From positions 24,314 to 88,313 of the forward strand of contig DASUDP010000012.1 in NCBI GenBank assembly GCA_036275535.1: a DNA stretch of 64,000 nt. The letters are read 5' to 3'. Made by a program: the position numbers and the translations under genes. The stretch is from Acidimicrobiales bacterium (GTDB taxonomy: Bacteria; Actinomycetota; Acidimicrobiia; Acidimicrobiales; VFJN01). The notes below the pieces were generated by a model that saw only the letters and a program-made list of their open reading frames with translations, ran no database searches and had not been told where the DNA came from. Positions 9,179 to 18,833 of the stretch are shown here, one piece after another; the first letter of the stretch is position 1, and every line of letters begins with the position of its first letter.

Positions 9179-10096
9179 CTACCGGGCGTGGGCGAGGCGC
9201 AGGCCGGGCCGGGACCAGTCGAAGGCCACCAGCTGGCCCGTCCCCGACAACGTCGCGTAGGCGGTGCGCAGATCGGGGCCGCCGAAGCAGATGTTGGTGA
9301 CGAGCGGGTCGGCCAGCGGGGTGTGCTCCACCGTCTCGCCGTCGGGGGAGATGGCGGTGATCCCACCGTTGACGAGCGTGCCGACGCACACCCAGCCCTC
9401 GCCGTCGACGGCCAGGCTGTCGAGGAGCTGCATCCCGGGCAGCCCCGCCAGCAGGTTGCCGGGGGCGCCGAGGGCGTTGGCCGGAGCCAGCTCCCCCGGA
9501 CCGGTCACCTCCCACCAGAACACGCGGCCGGTGTGCGTCTCGGCGGCGTAGAGGCGGTCGCCGCTCGGCGACAGCCCGATCCCGTTCGGGGCGTCGAGCG
9601 GGAACACCACCTCCGTGCAGCTCGAGCCGTCGATGGTGGCGTAGTGGATCCCGGTGCGGTCGCTGGCCCGTTCGAGGCGCACGCCGTGGTCGGTGAACCA
9701 GAAGCCGCCCTGCGCGTCGAAGACGAGGTCGTTGGGGGCCCGCAGAGGGCCGCTCGAGGACTCGGTGTACAGCGTCGTCCACTCGCCGGTGGCGAGGTCC
9801 ACCCGCTGGATCGAGCCCCCGCTCCACTCCTCCGGCACGGGCCCCGGCAGCGTGAACCCCATGATCTCGAGCCACTCGAAGCAGCCGCCGTTGTTGGTGA
9901 TGTACACGGCGCCGTCGGGCCCGAGGGCGGCGCCGTTGGGCCCCCCTCCGACCTCGGCCACCACCTCGACGGTGCCGTCGGCGGCCACCCGGCTGAGGGT
10001 GCCCCGCTTGATCTCGACCAGCAGCACGCTGCCGTCGTCGAGCGCCATGGGCCCTTCGGGGAACTGCAGGTCGGTGGCCACCGTTCGGATCTCCAT
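9179..10096 (-). CDS. SMP-30/gluconolactonase/LRE-family beta-propeller protein
   Basis: 305 aa. FPEGPMALDDGSVLLVE..., repeated GPNG/PDG/PNG blades and FTDHG-type motifs. Confidence 0.8.
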   Translation of the reverse strand: MEIRTVATDLQFPEGPMALDDGSVLLVEIKRGTLSRVAADGTVEVVAEVGGGPNGAALGPDGAVYITNNGGCFEWLEIMGFTLPGPVPEEWSGGSIQRVDLATGEWTTLYTESSSGPLRAPNDLVFDAQGGFWFTDHGVRLERASDRTGIHYATIDGSSCTEVVFPLDAPNGIGLSPSGDRLYAAETHTGRVFWWEVTGPGELAPANALGAPGNLLAGLPGMQLLDSLAVDGEGWVCVGTLVNGGITAISPDGETVEHTPLADPLVTNICFGGPDLRTAYATLSGTGQLVAFDWSRPGLRLAHAR

Positions 10097-10164
10097 CCGG
10101 TCTTGCTAGCACGGCCCATCGAGACGGATCGGTCAGGACGGGAAGGGTTGGCCGCCCTCGCAGG

Positions 10165-11382
10165 TTGGACCCCCCTGTGAGCGATTGCCGCAGCGCCGAC
10201 CTCTTCGTGCCCCCCGACGAAGAGGAGCGGATCCTCTCCGGCCGCTTCCTCGTCATCACCGCCGCCACCTTCGCCTACTTCCTCGCCCTCGGGACGCTGC
10301 TGCCCACCCTGCCCAAGTACGTGAAGGACGAGCTCCACAGCGGCGGCGTGTCGGTGGGCCTGGTCGTCGGGGCGTTCGCGGTGTCGGCCGCGCTCATCCG
10401 GCCGTGGGCCGGGCGCATCGGCGACCGCTACGGACGGCGGGTGCTGCTGAGCGGCGGTGCCGTGCTGGTGGGCCTCTCGACGCTGGCCTATGCGCTCGTC
10501 GACACGGTGCCCGCCCTCGTCGCCATCAGGCTCGTCACCGGCCTCGGGGAGGCGGCGGTCTTCGTCGGCGCGGCCACAGCCATCCAGGACATGGCGCCGT
10601 CGCACCGGCGGGGCGAGGCGGCGTCGTACTTCAGCGTCGCCCTCTTCAGCGGCCTGGCCGTCGGACCGGCCCTCGGCGAGCACCTGGCCCGCACCTACGA
10701 CTACGACATGGTGTGGATCGTCGCCGGGGCCTGGGCCCTCGTAGCCGCCGTCTTCGGCCTGGGCACGCCGTCGGTGCGGGCGAGCGAGGCCGTCCGCCCC
10801 GCCTCCCTCCTCCACCCCGCCGCCATCGGGCCGGGGCTGGTGCTGATGCTCGGCATCCTGCCCTTCACCGGCTTCGCCGCCTTCCTCGCCATCTACGGGC
10901 CGGAGATCGGCCTCTCCGACACCGGGCCCGTCTTCTTCGCCTACGCCGGCATGGTGCTCGCCATCCGGATCTTCGGCGCCAAGGTGCCCGACCGGCTGGG
11001 CTGGCGGCGGGCCTCTACCATCGCGCTGGCCAGCGCCGTCGCCGGCATCCTCGTCATGGCCGTGTGGCCGTCGGTCATCGCCGTCTGGATGGCCACCCTG
11101 GCCCTCGGCGTGGGGGGCTCGCTGCTCTACCCGGCCCTGTTCACCGCCGTGCTCGAGGACGTCCCCGAGCACGAGCGCAGCCAGGCCGTCGGCACGTTCT
11201 CGCTGTTCTTCGACCTCTCCCAGGGCATCGGGGCGCCCCTCCTCGGCCTGGTGGTGGCCCTCTCGAACGAGCGAGGCGCGTTCTTCGTGGCCGCCCTCAT
11301 CGGGGCCGGCGGGTTCTGGGCCCAGCGCCGCCTCCACGCCACCCAGGCCGCCGCCGCCGAGGTCGAACCGGCGGTGGCCTGA
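10165..11382 (+). CDS. MFS transporter
   Basis: 405 aa starting at TTG 10165. About 12 hydrophobic segments and an MFS loop motif (GRIGDRYGRRVLL). The exact start is uncertain. Confidence 0.8.
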   Translation: MDPPVSDCRSADLFVPPDEEERILSGRFLVITAATFAYFLALGTLLPTLPKYVKDELHSGGVSVGLVVGAFAVSAALIRPWAGRIGDRYGRRVLLSGGAVLVGLSTLAYALVDTVPALVAIRLVTGLGEAAVFVGAATAIQDMAPSHRRGEAASYFSVALFSGLAVGPALGEHLARTYDYDMVWIVAGAWALVAAVFGLGTPSVRASEAVRPASLLHPAAIGPGLVLMLGILPFTGFAAFLAIYGPEIGLSDTGPVFFAYAGMVLAIRIFGAKVPDRLGWRRASTIALASAVAGILVMAVWPSVIAVWMATLALGVGGSLLYPALFTAVLEDVPEHERSQAVGTFSLFFDLSQGIGAPLLGLVVALSNERGAFFVAALIGAGGFWAQRRLHATQAAAAEVEPAVA

Positions 11383-11383
11383 C

Positions 11384-12754
11384 CTACCCCCTGGCCCCGC
11401 CGGTGAAGGCGAAGGAGGCGAGACGGAGGCTGGGGACGTGGACGACGCCCCCCTCGTTGGCCACCAGCGCCGCGTCGTCGCCGATGCCCAGGACGTGCCC
11501 GGGCCCCAGGGCGGCGATCACGGACTGGGTGTAGCGGAGGTCCTGCACGGGCCGGGTGACCTCGCCGCCCTCGATGAGGAAGAGCCCGTTGCGGGTGAGC
11601 CCGGTGACCACCTGGGTCTTGGGGTCGAGGATCCGGTTGTACCAGAGGTCGCTGACCAGCAACCCCCGCTCCACGCCGGCGACGAGGTCGTCCCGGGACT
11701 GCTGGCCGGCGCCCAGGAACAGGTCGGCCGGGTAGCCGCCGAAGGCCTCGGACCCGATCGAGCTGCCGGTCGGCTCCACGCCGGCCAGGCGGGCGCTGCG
11801 CCGGTCGTGGGCCAGGCCGACCGACACCCCGGCCCGCACGAGGTCGAGCCGGCGCTTGGGGGTGCCCTCGGCGTCGTAGGGGCGGCCCAGGGCGCGCTGG
11901 TCGGTGGCGTCGTCCCAGAGGTCGATCTGCTCGTCGAGCTGCTGCTCCCCGAGGTGGACGAAGCTGGTGCCCTCGGCGTGGGCCTTGGCGTTGAAGCCGA
12001 GCCAGGCCGGGAACAGCAGCAGGGCGGCCACCGCCCGGGGCTCGAGCACGACCTCGTAGCTGCCCGGCTCGAGGTTGACGGGCTCGGTGCCGGCCCGGGC
12101 CTTGGCCGCCGCGACCGCGCCCAGCCGGGCGCCGTTGAGGTCGGCCAGGCGGACCGACGTCCCCTGCCCGCAGCCGTCGGTGGGCGGGCCGCTGGGGGCG
12201 GCGGCCCGGTGGATGCCGTCGACCTGGGCCATCGTGGCGCGGCTGGCGTAGGCGAGTCCCGAGGTGCTGCGCAGCACGTGGGTGCCGGCGTCGGTGGAGC
12301 AGTAGCCGGCCGCTTCGAGGTCGGCGCCGGCGGCCACAAAGTCGGCCACCACCTGGGCCCGGGCGTCGGGGTCGGCCGCCGCGGTGACGTCGTCCCAGTG
12401 GTCGACCTCGGCCAGCGAGCCGGGATCGGCCAGGCCGGGGAACTCCGGGTCGGCCGGGCGGAGGGCGGCCGCCGCCAGGCACCCCTTGACGAGGCGCTCG
12501 AGGCCATCGGGGTCCACCCGGGTGGTGGTGGCCTGGGCCACCTGGCCGGCGCCCACCACCACCCGCAGGCGCACGTGCTGCTCGTCGCTGGCCATGTTCT
12601 GGTGGATCCGGCTGTTGGCGAAGCGGGTGAGCGCGCTGGTGCCGGTGCCGCAGGTGACGAGGGCCTGGGCCCGGCCCCCGATCCGCTGCAGCACCTCGTC
12701 GCAGACGCCGGACCCGGCGGCAACGAGGGGGTCGGCCTCGGGCTGCCAGGCCAT
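11384..12754 (-). CDS. pmbA: TldD/PmbA-family metalloprotease partner subunit (PmbA-like)
   Basis: ORF 11384..13027 trimmed to ATG 12752-12754 (MAWQPEADPLVAAG...). The ATG overlaps the tldD TGA (ATGA). C-terminal GGEVTRPVQDLRYT-type motif. Confidence 0.85.
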   Translation of the reverse strand: MAWQPEADPLVAAGSGVCDEVLQRIGGRAQALVTCGTGTSALTRFANSRIHQNMASDEQHVRLRVVVGAGQVAQATTTRVDPDGLERLVKGCLAAAALRPADPEFPGLADPGSLAEVDHWDDVTAAADPDARAQVVADFVAAGADLEAAGYCSTDAGTHVLRSTSGLAYASRATMAQVDGIHRAAAPSGPPTDGCGQGTSVRLADLNGARLGAVAAAKARAGTEPVNLEPGSYEVVLEPRAVAALLLFPAWLGFNAKAHAEGTSFVHLGEQQLDEQIDLWDDATDQRALGRPYDAEGTPKRRLDLVRAGVSVGLAHDRRSARLAGVEPTGSSIGSEAFGGYPADLFLGAGQQSRDDLVAGVERGLLVSDLWYNRILDPKTQVVTGLTRNGLFLIEGGEVTRPVQDLRYTQSVIAALGPGHVLGIGDDAALVANEGGVVHVPSLRLASFAFTGGARG

Positions 12755-14190
12755 CACCGCACCCCCACGCGGACGTCGCGGAAGCGGGCCGGCACGGAGG
12801 GGTGCCCCGTGTGGCCGACCTGCATCGGCTGGCCCTTGCCGCAGTTGGCCGTCCCCCAGAACACCCACTCGTCGGGGCCGCCGACCATGTCCATCGACGC
12901 CCAGAACTGCGGGCCGATGCCGGTGTAGGTGGGGTTGCGGAGCATCTGGCCCAGCTGGCCGTCGTTCACCTCCCAGGCGATCTCGCAGCCGAACTGGAAG
13001 TTGAGTCGCTTGTCGTCGATCGACCACGAGCGGTTGGTGTCCATGTAGATGCCGTCCTCGGTGGCGGCGATCATCTCAGCGAGGGAGCTGTCGCCGGGCA
13101 GCAGGCCGACGTTGGTCATCCTGACCATGGGGAGCCGGGCGGCGCCGTCGGCCCGCACCATGCCGCCGGAGGTGCGACCGACGAGCGGCGCCGAATCGCG
13201 CCCGGAGAGGACCCCCACCCAGGTGCCGTCCTTGACGATGTCGACGGCTTGGGCGGCCACGCCCTCGTCGTCGTACCCGAAGCTGCCGAGGGCCCCGGGC
13301 AGCGTGGCGTCGGCCGTGACGTTCATGAGGTCCGACCCGTACCGCAGCGACCCCAGCTGCGCCGGATCGAGCCAGGAGGTGCCGGCGAAGGCCGCCTCCC
13401 AGCCGAGGATGCGGTCGAGCTCGATGGCGTGGCCGATGGACTCGTGGATCTGCAGGGCCATCTGCTCGCTGCCCAGGATGAGGGTGGTCGTCGTCTCCGG
13501 GCACTGCGGAGCGCGGAGCAGCGCCTGGGCCTCCTCGGCCACGCGCGGGGCGTTGGCGAGGAGGTCGATCTCCCGCACGAGCTCCCACCCCCGGGTGCCG
13601 AACTGGCCTCGCACGCCGGGGTAGCTGCGACGCTGGGTCTCGCCGTCGCCGATGGCGGTGGCGTCGATGACGGCGCCGCACTCGAGGAGGTGCTGGTCGA
13701 TCCGGCTGCCCTCGCTCGACACGAACCACTTCTCGGTGTCCCAGATCTGGTGGCTGGCCTGGGCCAGCGGCACACCGGCGTCGGCCATGGCCCCCGTGGC
13801 CCCGACGAGCAGATCGGCCCGCTCGGTGAGGCTCACGTCGTCGAGGGGGTGCTCCACCCAGGTGCTCTGCCACGAGGCCTCCACGACCGGAGCCGGGGCC
13901 AGCTCGAGGTCGGGACCGGCCACCCGGGCGCTGGCCCGGGCCACCGCCGCGGCCCGCTGGCCGGCCCCCCGGGCGGCGGCCAGCGTGAGCTCAGGTGTGG
14001 ACTGGAAGCCCCACGACGAACCGATGAGGGCCCGTACCCCGATGCCGGCCGTCTCGGTCTGCGTGAGGTCCTCCACGACGCGGTTCTTGGCCGCCATCGA
14101 CTCGTAGCGGACCACCATCAGCCGGGCGTCGGCGTAGCGGGCTCCGGCAGCGAGGGCGGCCTCCACAGCCGCCGTGGCGAGGTCGAACAT
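12754..14190 (-). CDS. tldD: metalloprotease TldD
   Basis: 478 aa. HESIGHAIELD zinc-binding motif and an overall TldD-like sequence. Confidence 0.9.
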   Translation of the reverse strand: MFDLATAAVEAALAAGARYADARLMVVRYESMAAKNRVVEDLTQTETAGIGVRALIGSSWGFQSTPELTLAAARGAGQRAAAVARASARVAGPDLELAPAPVVEASWQSTWVEHPLDDVSLTERADLLVGATGAMADAGVPLAQASHQIWDTEKWFVSSEGSRIDQHLLECGAVIDATAIGDGETQRRSYPGVRGQFGTRGWELVREIDLLANAPRVAEEAQALLRAPQCPETTTTLILGSEQMALQIHESIGHAIELDRILGWEAAFAGTSWLDPAQLGSLRYGSDLMNVTADATLPGALGSFGYDDEGVAAQAVDIVKDGTWVGVLSGRDSAPLVGRTSGGMVRADGAARLPMVRMTNVGLLPGDSSLAEMIAATEDGIYMDTNRSWSIDDKRLNFQFGCEIAWEVNDGQLGQMLRNPTYTGIGPQFWASMDMVGGPDEWVFWGTANCGKGQPMQVGHTGHPSVPARFRDVRVGVR

Positions 14191-14247
14191 CGCGGCGACC
14201 GTACCCGGACGGGCCGGTCTCCGCCGCCGGCGGGACGCCCCCGCGCG

Positions 14248-15339
14248 TCAGCCCCGCAGGGCGCGCAGCGGCTGCAGCTCGGGCCAGTGCGGGGCCTGGG
14301 TGGTGCGGAAGTCGTAGATGCTGCCGCCGATGGCCCCGCGGTCGGCGATGGCCTGGCGGAACCCGACCAGGTCCTGGGTCGACGTCGTGTCGCCGATGCC
14401 GCCGAGGGCGTGGATCGGGGCGTCCGGCCGTCCGATGTGCTCCCGGAGGCGGTCGATGTTGGTGACCGTGTAGACGTAGGCGTCACGCCACTCGTCGCGC
14501 CGGTTGGTCCAGTAGCTCATCGGTAGCCAGACGTCGTAGCTGGGGGCCAGCTCGGCCCACGGGAAGCCCGGCCAGTAGTTCGGGTTGACGTCCTCCATGA
14601 GGACCGGCTCGAGAGGGATCGCCCCGATGACCTCGCCGGGGAGGGCCGCCCGCAGCGCCGCCGACAGGTCGATGAGCCGTCGGTTGCGCTCGGCCACGTC
14701 GCCCACGTTGCGGCCCTCGATGTCCACCGCGATGCCCTCGATGGGCAGCGCGGCGATCGAGACGAGCCGCTGCAGGTCCCAGGCCGGGTCCTCGAGGGTC
14801 GGCAGGTACCACCCGACGACGGCGATCCCGTTCTGGTGGGCCCGCTGGACGAAGGCCAGCAGGCGGTCGATCTCCAGCACGTCGGTGGGCGAGTCCCACT
14901 TGCTGGCCTGGATGAACACCGTCTGGACGCCTTGCTGGCCGAGCAGGTCCATCGATTCGGGCTCGAGCGCAGGAGCACCCCGGGCGTAGGTCGTCGTCCA
15001 GTCGTAGACGTCCAGCCAGGCGCCCAACCCCCGGTAGGGGGTGAGGGTGAACCGAGCGGGCGACGTCGTCGTGGTGGTGGGCGGGGGCGGCGCGGTGGTC
15101 GTGGTCGGGGGCGGCAGCGGGGCCGTCGTGGTCGTCGGCTCCGCCAGCGCGGCGTCCACACTCACAGCGGCGGCCTCGGCCTCCGTCCGCTGCACCATGG
15201 CTCGCTCGAACGGCCGAGAGGCGGCTGCGCCCTCGGCCCACGGCGTGGCCGGGCTGAGGCCCAGCATCGTCGCCAGCGATCCCACCACGAGGGCCCCGGC
15301 AGCGGCCCGTCCCGCGACATGTCGGCGTCGCATCCCCAT
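14248..15339 (-). CDS. secreted glycoside-hydrolase-like (TIM-barrel-like) protein with Thr/Pro-rich linker
   Basis: 363 aa. N-terminal signal-like segment, TTTAPLPPPTTTTAPPPPTTTTT linker, then a domain resembling the 'putative glycosyl hydrolase-like' families. The family assignment is from memory and tentative. Confidence 0.6.
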   Translation of the reverse strand: MGMRRRHVAGRAAAGALVVGSLATMLGLSPATPWAEGAAASRPFERAMVQRTEAEAAAVSVDAALAEPTTTTAPLPPPTTTTAPPPPTTTTTSPARFTLTPYRGLGAWLDVYDWTTTYARGAPALEPESMDLLGQQGVQTVFIQASKWDSPTDVLEIDRLLAFVQRAHQNGIAVVGWYLPTLEDPAWDLQRLVSIAALPIEGIAVDIEGRNVGDVAERNRRLIDLSAALRAALPGEVIGAIPLEPVLMEDVNPNYWPGFPWAELAPSYDVWLPMSYWTNRRDEWRDAYVYTVTNIDRLREHIGRPDAPIHALGGIGDTTSTQDLVGFRQAIADRGAIGGSIYDFRTTQAPHWPELQPLRALRG

Positions 15340-15519
15340 CCTTCACTCGCTCGTGCCCGCCCTCGGAGCGAGCCGCCCGCTCGCCTCAAGGACGCACATC
15401 GTAGAAGTGCGCCGCATCGGTGCGGTTGGGCCGTTCGACCCCTCTTGCCCAGGTCTCCCCACCCCCCGGTGGCTGTGGTTGCAGTTCGCCGCCTGGGCCG
15501 GCGAGCCCTGCTCGGGTGA

Positions 15520-17871
15520 TCAGATCTCGCCCGACTCCAGGACGTTCTCGAGCTCCTCGACCGACATCAGCACCGCCCGCGCCTTGGACCCCTCCGAGGG
15601 CCCGACGACGCCACGCTCCTCCAGGAGGTCCATCAGTCGCCCGGCCCGGGCGAAGCCGACCTTGAGCTTGCGCTGCAGCATCGAGGTGGAGCCCAGCTGG
15701 CTGCGCACGACGAGCTCCATGGCCTGGAGGACGAGGTCGTCGTCATCGTCACCGGAGCCGTTGCCGTGCCCCATGCCCGAGGAGGAGCCGCCGGCGTCGT
15801 CGGCGCCCTGCACCTCCTTGTCGTAGGCGATGTCCGGGGCCTGCCGCTTCCAGACGCCGGCCACCTTGCGCACCTCCTCCTCGCTCACCCAGGAGCCCTG
15901 GATGCGCGACGGGGCGGAGGAGGTCGGCCCGAGCAGGAGCATGTCGCCCTTGCCGATGAGCCGCTCGGCGCCCTGCTGGTCGAGGATGACGCGGCTGTCG
16001 GTGGCGGAGGACACGGCGAAGGCCAGGCGGGCGGGGACGTTGGCCTTGATGACGCCGGTGATGACGTTGACCGACGGGCGCTGGGTGGCGATGACGAGGT
16101 GGATGCCGACGGCGCGGGCCATCTGGGCGATCCGGCAGATCGACTCCTCGACGTCGCGGGCGGCCACCATCATGAGGTCGGCCAGCTCGTCGATCACGAC
16201 GAGGATGAACGGCAGGCGAGGGAACTCGCGGGTGACCTCCCCGCTGGGCGACACCTCGTTGGGGAGATCGCCGCGGTCGTAGGCCGCGTTGTAGCCGGTG
16301 ATGTCCCGGAAGCCGACCTCGGCCAGGAGGTCGTAGCGGCGCTCCATCTCCCGGACGGCCCAGGACAGGGCGTTGGCCGCCTTCTTGGGGTTGGTGACGA
16401 CCTGGGTGAGCAGGTGCGGCAGCCGGTCGTACTGGCCCATCTCGACCCGCTTGGGGTCGATGAGGATCATCCGCACCTGGTCGGGCGTGGAGCGCATGAG
16501 GATCGACGTGATGAGCGAGTTGAGGCAGCTCGACTTGCCCGCGCCCGTGGCGCCGGCGATGAGGATGTGCGGCATCGTGGCCAGGTTCATCAGCACGGAC
16601 TTGCCGTTGATGTCCCGGCCCACGGCCACCTCGAGGGGATGGGTGGCCCGCTTGGCCTCGGGGGAGGCGAGGATGTCGCCGAGGGCGACGATCTGGCGGT
16701 CGGGGTTCGGCACCTCGACGCCGATGGCCTGTCGCCCCGGGATGGGGGCGAGGATGCGGACGTCGGGCGACGCCATGGCGTAGGCGATGTCCTTGTGGAG
16801 GCTGGTGACCCGAGCCACCTTCACGCCGGGGCCGAGCTCGAGCTCGTAGCGGGTCACCGAGGGCCCCACCACCATGCCGACGAGGCGGGTCTCCACGCCG
16901 TGCTGGGCGAGGGCCTCCTCCAGCACCCGGCCCGCCGCCTCGACGGCGGCCTTGTCGACCTCCTGGGCCCCGCTGCGAGCCAGCAGGGCCGGCGGCGGGA
17001 GCTTCCAGACGGACCCGGCCACGGCCGGGCCGAGCTCGAGGTCGAGCTGCTCGGCCTCGGTGACGGGGTCGACGTTCGAGACGTCGACCTTCGGCTTGCG
17101 GGCCCGAGGCTTCTTGGGCGGCGGCTCGTCGTCCTCCTCGACCCCCTCGTCCTGGTCGAACAGCCGCACGCCGACGCCGTCCTCGTCGCCGGGGCTGAGG
17201 TTGAACAGCGTGTCCTTCGTCTGGCGGAGATAGGCGGAGATGGCCGAGCCGGCCGGCCGCATGCCAGCGGCCGTGCTCTCGGCGGCCACCCGCACTGGGA
17301 CGCGGGTCAGCACCACGAGGCCGGCGAGGGCGACGGTGGCCAGGAGCAGGCCGGCGCCCCACGGCGCGATGCCGGCGGCGAGGGGCCCGGCGGCGGCGAT
17401 GCCCAGGAGGCCACCGGCGTGGACGAGGTCGTCCGTCGGCGCGTCGAGCCCCGGGCGGCCGCCGGCCAGGTGCAGGAGCCCGCACCCGGCGACGAACACG
17501 AGCAGGCCGCCGACCCAGACGTGGGCGTTGGCGGCCGGCTCGTCGTCCTCGTCGGTGCCCCGGACGAGGAGGATGCCGGCCCCCACCAGGGCCACAGGGA
17601 CGAGGAGGCGGGCCCAGCCCACGAGCGTGCCGATGCCGTCCGCGAGGGCCCGCCCGACGGGCCCGGCGGCGTCGACGTAGATGCCGAGGCCGGCCACGAG
17701 GCCCAGCCCCAGGAGGAGCAGGCCGGTGACGTCGGCCGAGTGGCCGTCGAGGGCGGTGGCCAGTGCGCGCAGCATCCGGTCGAAGGCGGAGGGAGGCGGG
17801 GCGCCCCGCTTCTTGTCCGGCGCGCGCTTGGCCCCCGAGCGGGGTCGCTGGGTCGTTGCCACAGTGGCCAC
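15520..17871 (-). CDS. ftsK: DNA translocase FtsK/SpoIIIE
   Basis: 783 aa. N-terminal TM segments, Walker A GATGAGKSS, C-terminal gamma winged helix (LQRKLKVGFARAGRLMDLLE). Confidence 0.95.
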   Translation of the reverse strand: MATVATTQRPRSGAKRAPDKKRGAPPPSAFDRMLRALATALDGHSADVTGLLLLGLGLVAGLGIYVDAAGPVGRALADGIGTLVGWARLLVPVALVGAGILLVRGTDEDDEPAANAHVWVGGLLVFVAGCGLLHLAGGRPGLDAPTDDLVHAGGLLGIAAAGPLAAGIAPWGAGLLLATVALAGLVVLTRVPVRVAAESTAAGMRPAGSAISAYLRQTKDTLFNLSPGDEDGVGVRLFDQDEGVEEDDEPPPKKPRARKPKVDVSNVDPVTEAEQLDLELGPAVAGSVWKLPPPALLARSGAQEVDKAAVEAAGRVLEEALAQHGVETRLVGMVVGPSVTRYELELGPGVKVARVTSLHKDIAYAMASPDVRILAPIPGRQAIGVEVPNPDRQIVALGDILASPEAKRATHPLEVAVGRDINGKSVLMNLATMPHILIAGATGAGKSSCLNSLITSILMRSTPDQVRMILIDPKRVEMGQYDRLPHLLTQVVTNPKKAANALSWAVREMERRYDLLAEVGFRDITGYNAAYDRGDLPNEVSPSGEVTREFPRLPFILVVIDELADLMMVAARDVEESICRIAQMARAVGIHLVIATQRPSVNVITGVIKANVPARLAFAVSSATDSRVILDQQGAERLIGKGDMLLLGPTSSAPSRIQGSWVSEEEVRKVAGVWKRQAPDIAYDKEVQGADDAGGSSSGMGHGNGSGDDDDDLVLQAMELVVRSQLGSTSMLQRKLKVGFARAGRLMDLLEERGVVGPSEGSKARAVLMSVEELENVLESGEI

Positions 17872-17995
17872 AACCGTACCAGGAGCCCCACGAGCAACAC
17901 CGGACCCAGCAGGCGGCGGCGCCGTGGCGTGCGCAACCCGACGTGCGTGCGCAGAACGACCGCAACGGTTGCTTCACGCACGCGACAGGACGAGA

Positions 17996-18796
17996 TCAGC
18001 GGCGACGCTGGCAGGCCGGGCAGTAGGTGGTGCCCCGCCCGTCGACGACGCTCCGGCGCAGCTCGGTCCCGCAGCGCAGGCAGGGCTGGCCGGCCCGGCC
18101 GTAGCAGCCGAGCTCCACCTGGTTGCGGCCCTGGCCGCCGTCGACGGTGCGGTAGTCGCGCAGCGTCGTGCCGCCGTTGGCGATGGCCTGCACGAGCACG
18201 GTCCGCAGCTCGGCCAGCAGCCGCTCGGACTCCCGGCGGGTGATCGACCGCCGCGACGGGTGCACGCCGGCCCGCCACAGGGCCTCGTCGGCATAGATGT
18301 TGCCGATGCCGGCGATCGGGCGCTGCGACAGCAGCTGGGTCTTCACGTGCGCCGTGCTCCGGCGCAGGTTGCGCCACAGCCCCCCGTCGTCCAGCGCCGG
18401 GTCCCAGGGCTCCGGGCCGAGGGCGGCGAGGGTCGGGAGCGACGCCCACTCCCCCGCCGGGACCACCCCGATCCGACCGAACCGGCGCACGTCGCGCAGC
18501 TCGAGCACCCGACCGTCGTCGAGCACCCACCACGCCCGCACGTACGGATCCATCCCGTCCGGGCGCATCCGCAGCTGCCCCGTCATCCCGAGGTGGACGA
18601 TCAGCTGGCGGTCGTCGTCCAGCCCGACGAGCAGGTACTTCCCCCGCCGGCCGACCTGGTCGATCCTCGCCCCCGCAGCGAAGGGCGCCGAGGCGAACTT
18701 GGGCGACGGGTGCCCCCAGCCCTCCACGATGGCGCGCCCCACGAGCAGCGGCTCCAGCCCCCGCCGGACCGTCTCGACCTCGGGCAGCTCCGGCAC
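17996..18796 (-). CDS. mutM: formamidopyrimidine-DNA glycosylase (Fpg/Nei family)
   Basis: 266 aa. Catalytic N-terminus MPELPEVE and a C-terminal zinc finger (CLRCG...CPACQ). Confidence 0.9.
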   Translation of the reverse strand: MPELPEVETVRRGLEPLLVGRAIVEGWGHPSPKFASAPFAAGARIDQVGRRGKYLLVGLDDDRQLIVHLGMTGQLRMRPDGMDPYVRAWWVLDDGRVLELRDVRRFGRIGVVPAGEWASLPTLAALGPEPWDPALDDGGLWRNLRRSTAHVKTQLLSQRPIAGIGNIYADEALWRAGVHPSRRSITRRESERLLAELRTVLVQAIANGGTTLRDYRTVDGGQGRNQVELGCYGRAGQPCLRCGTELRRSVVDGRGTTYCPACQRRR

Positions 18797-18833
18797 CCCG
18801 GCAGCATGCCAGCACCGCCTTGAGAACGGTCGG

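Noticed and set aside
11384-14190. The tldD-pmbA pair as the maturation module of a microcin/RiPP or toxin-antitoxin-processing system.
   Set aside because: I found no small precursor-like ORF, modification enzyme, immunity or export gene that is clearly coupled. The adjacent MFS gene is convergent rather than co-oriented. TldD/PmbA pairs are common stand-alone housekeeping proteases.
15766-18243. Very long ORFs on the strand or frame opposite to real genes. Examples are 15766..18243 (+, 825 aa), 38179..40725 (+, 848 aa), 9505..11337 (-, 610 aa), 28..1587 (+), 29505..32453 (+, 982 aa) and 54968..57658 (+, 896 aa).
   Set aside because: Their translations are low-complexity Arg/Gly/Ala/Pro/Asp strings with no recognisable motifs. 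They exactly shadow well-supported genes (ftsK, infB, pnp and others). Stop codons are rare in all frames at this GC content, so length alone is not evidence.
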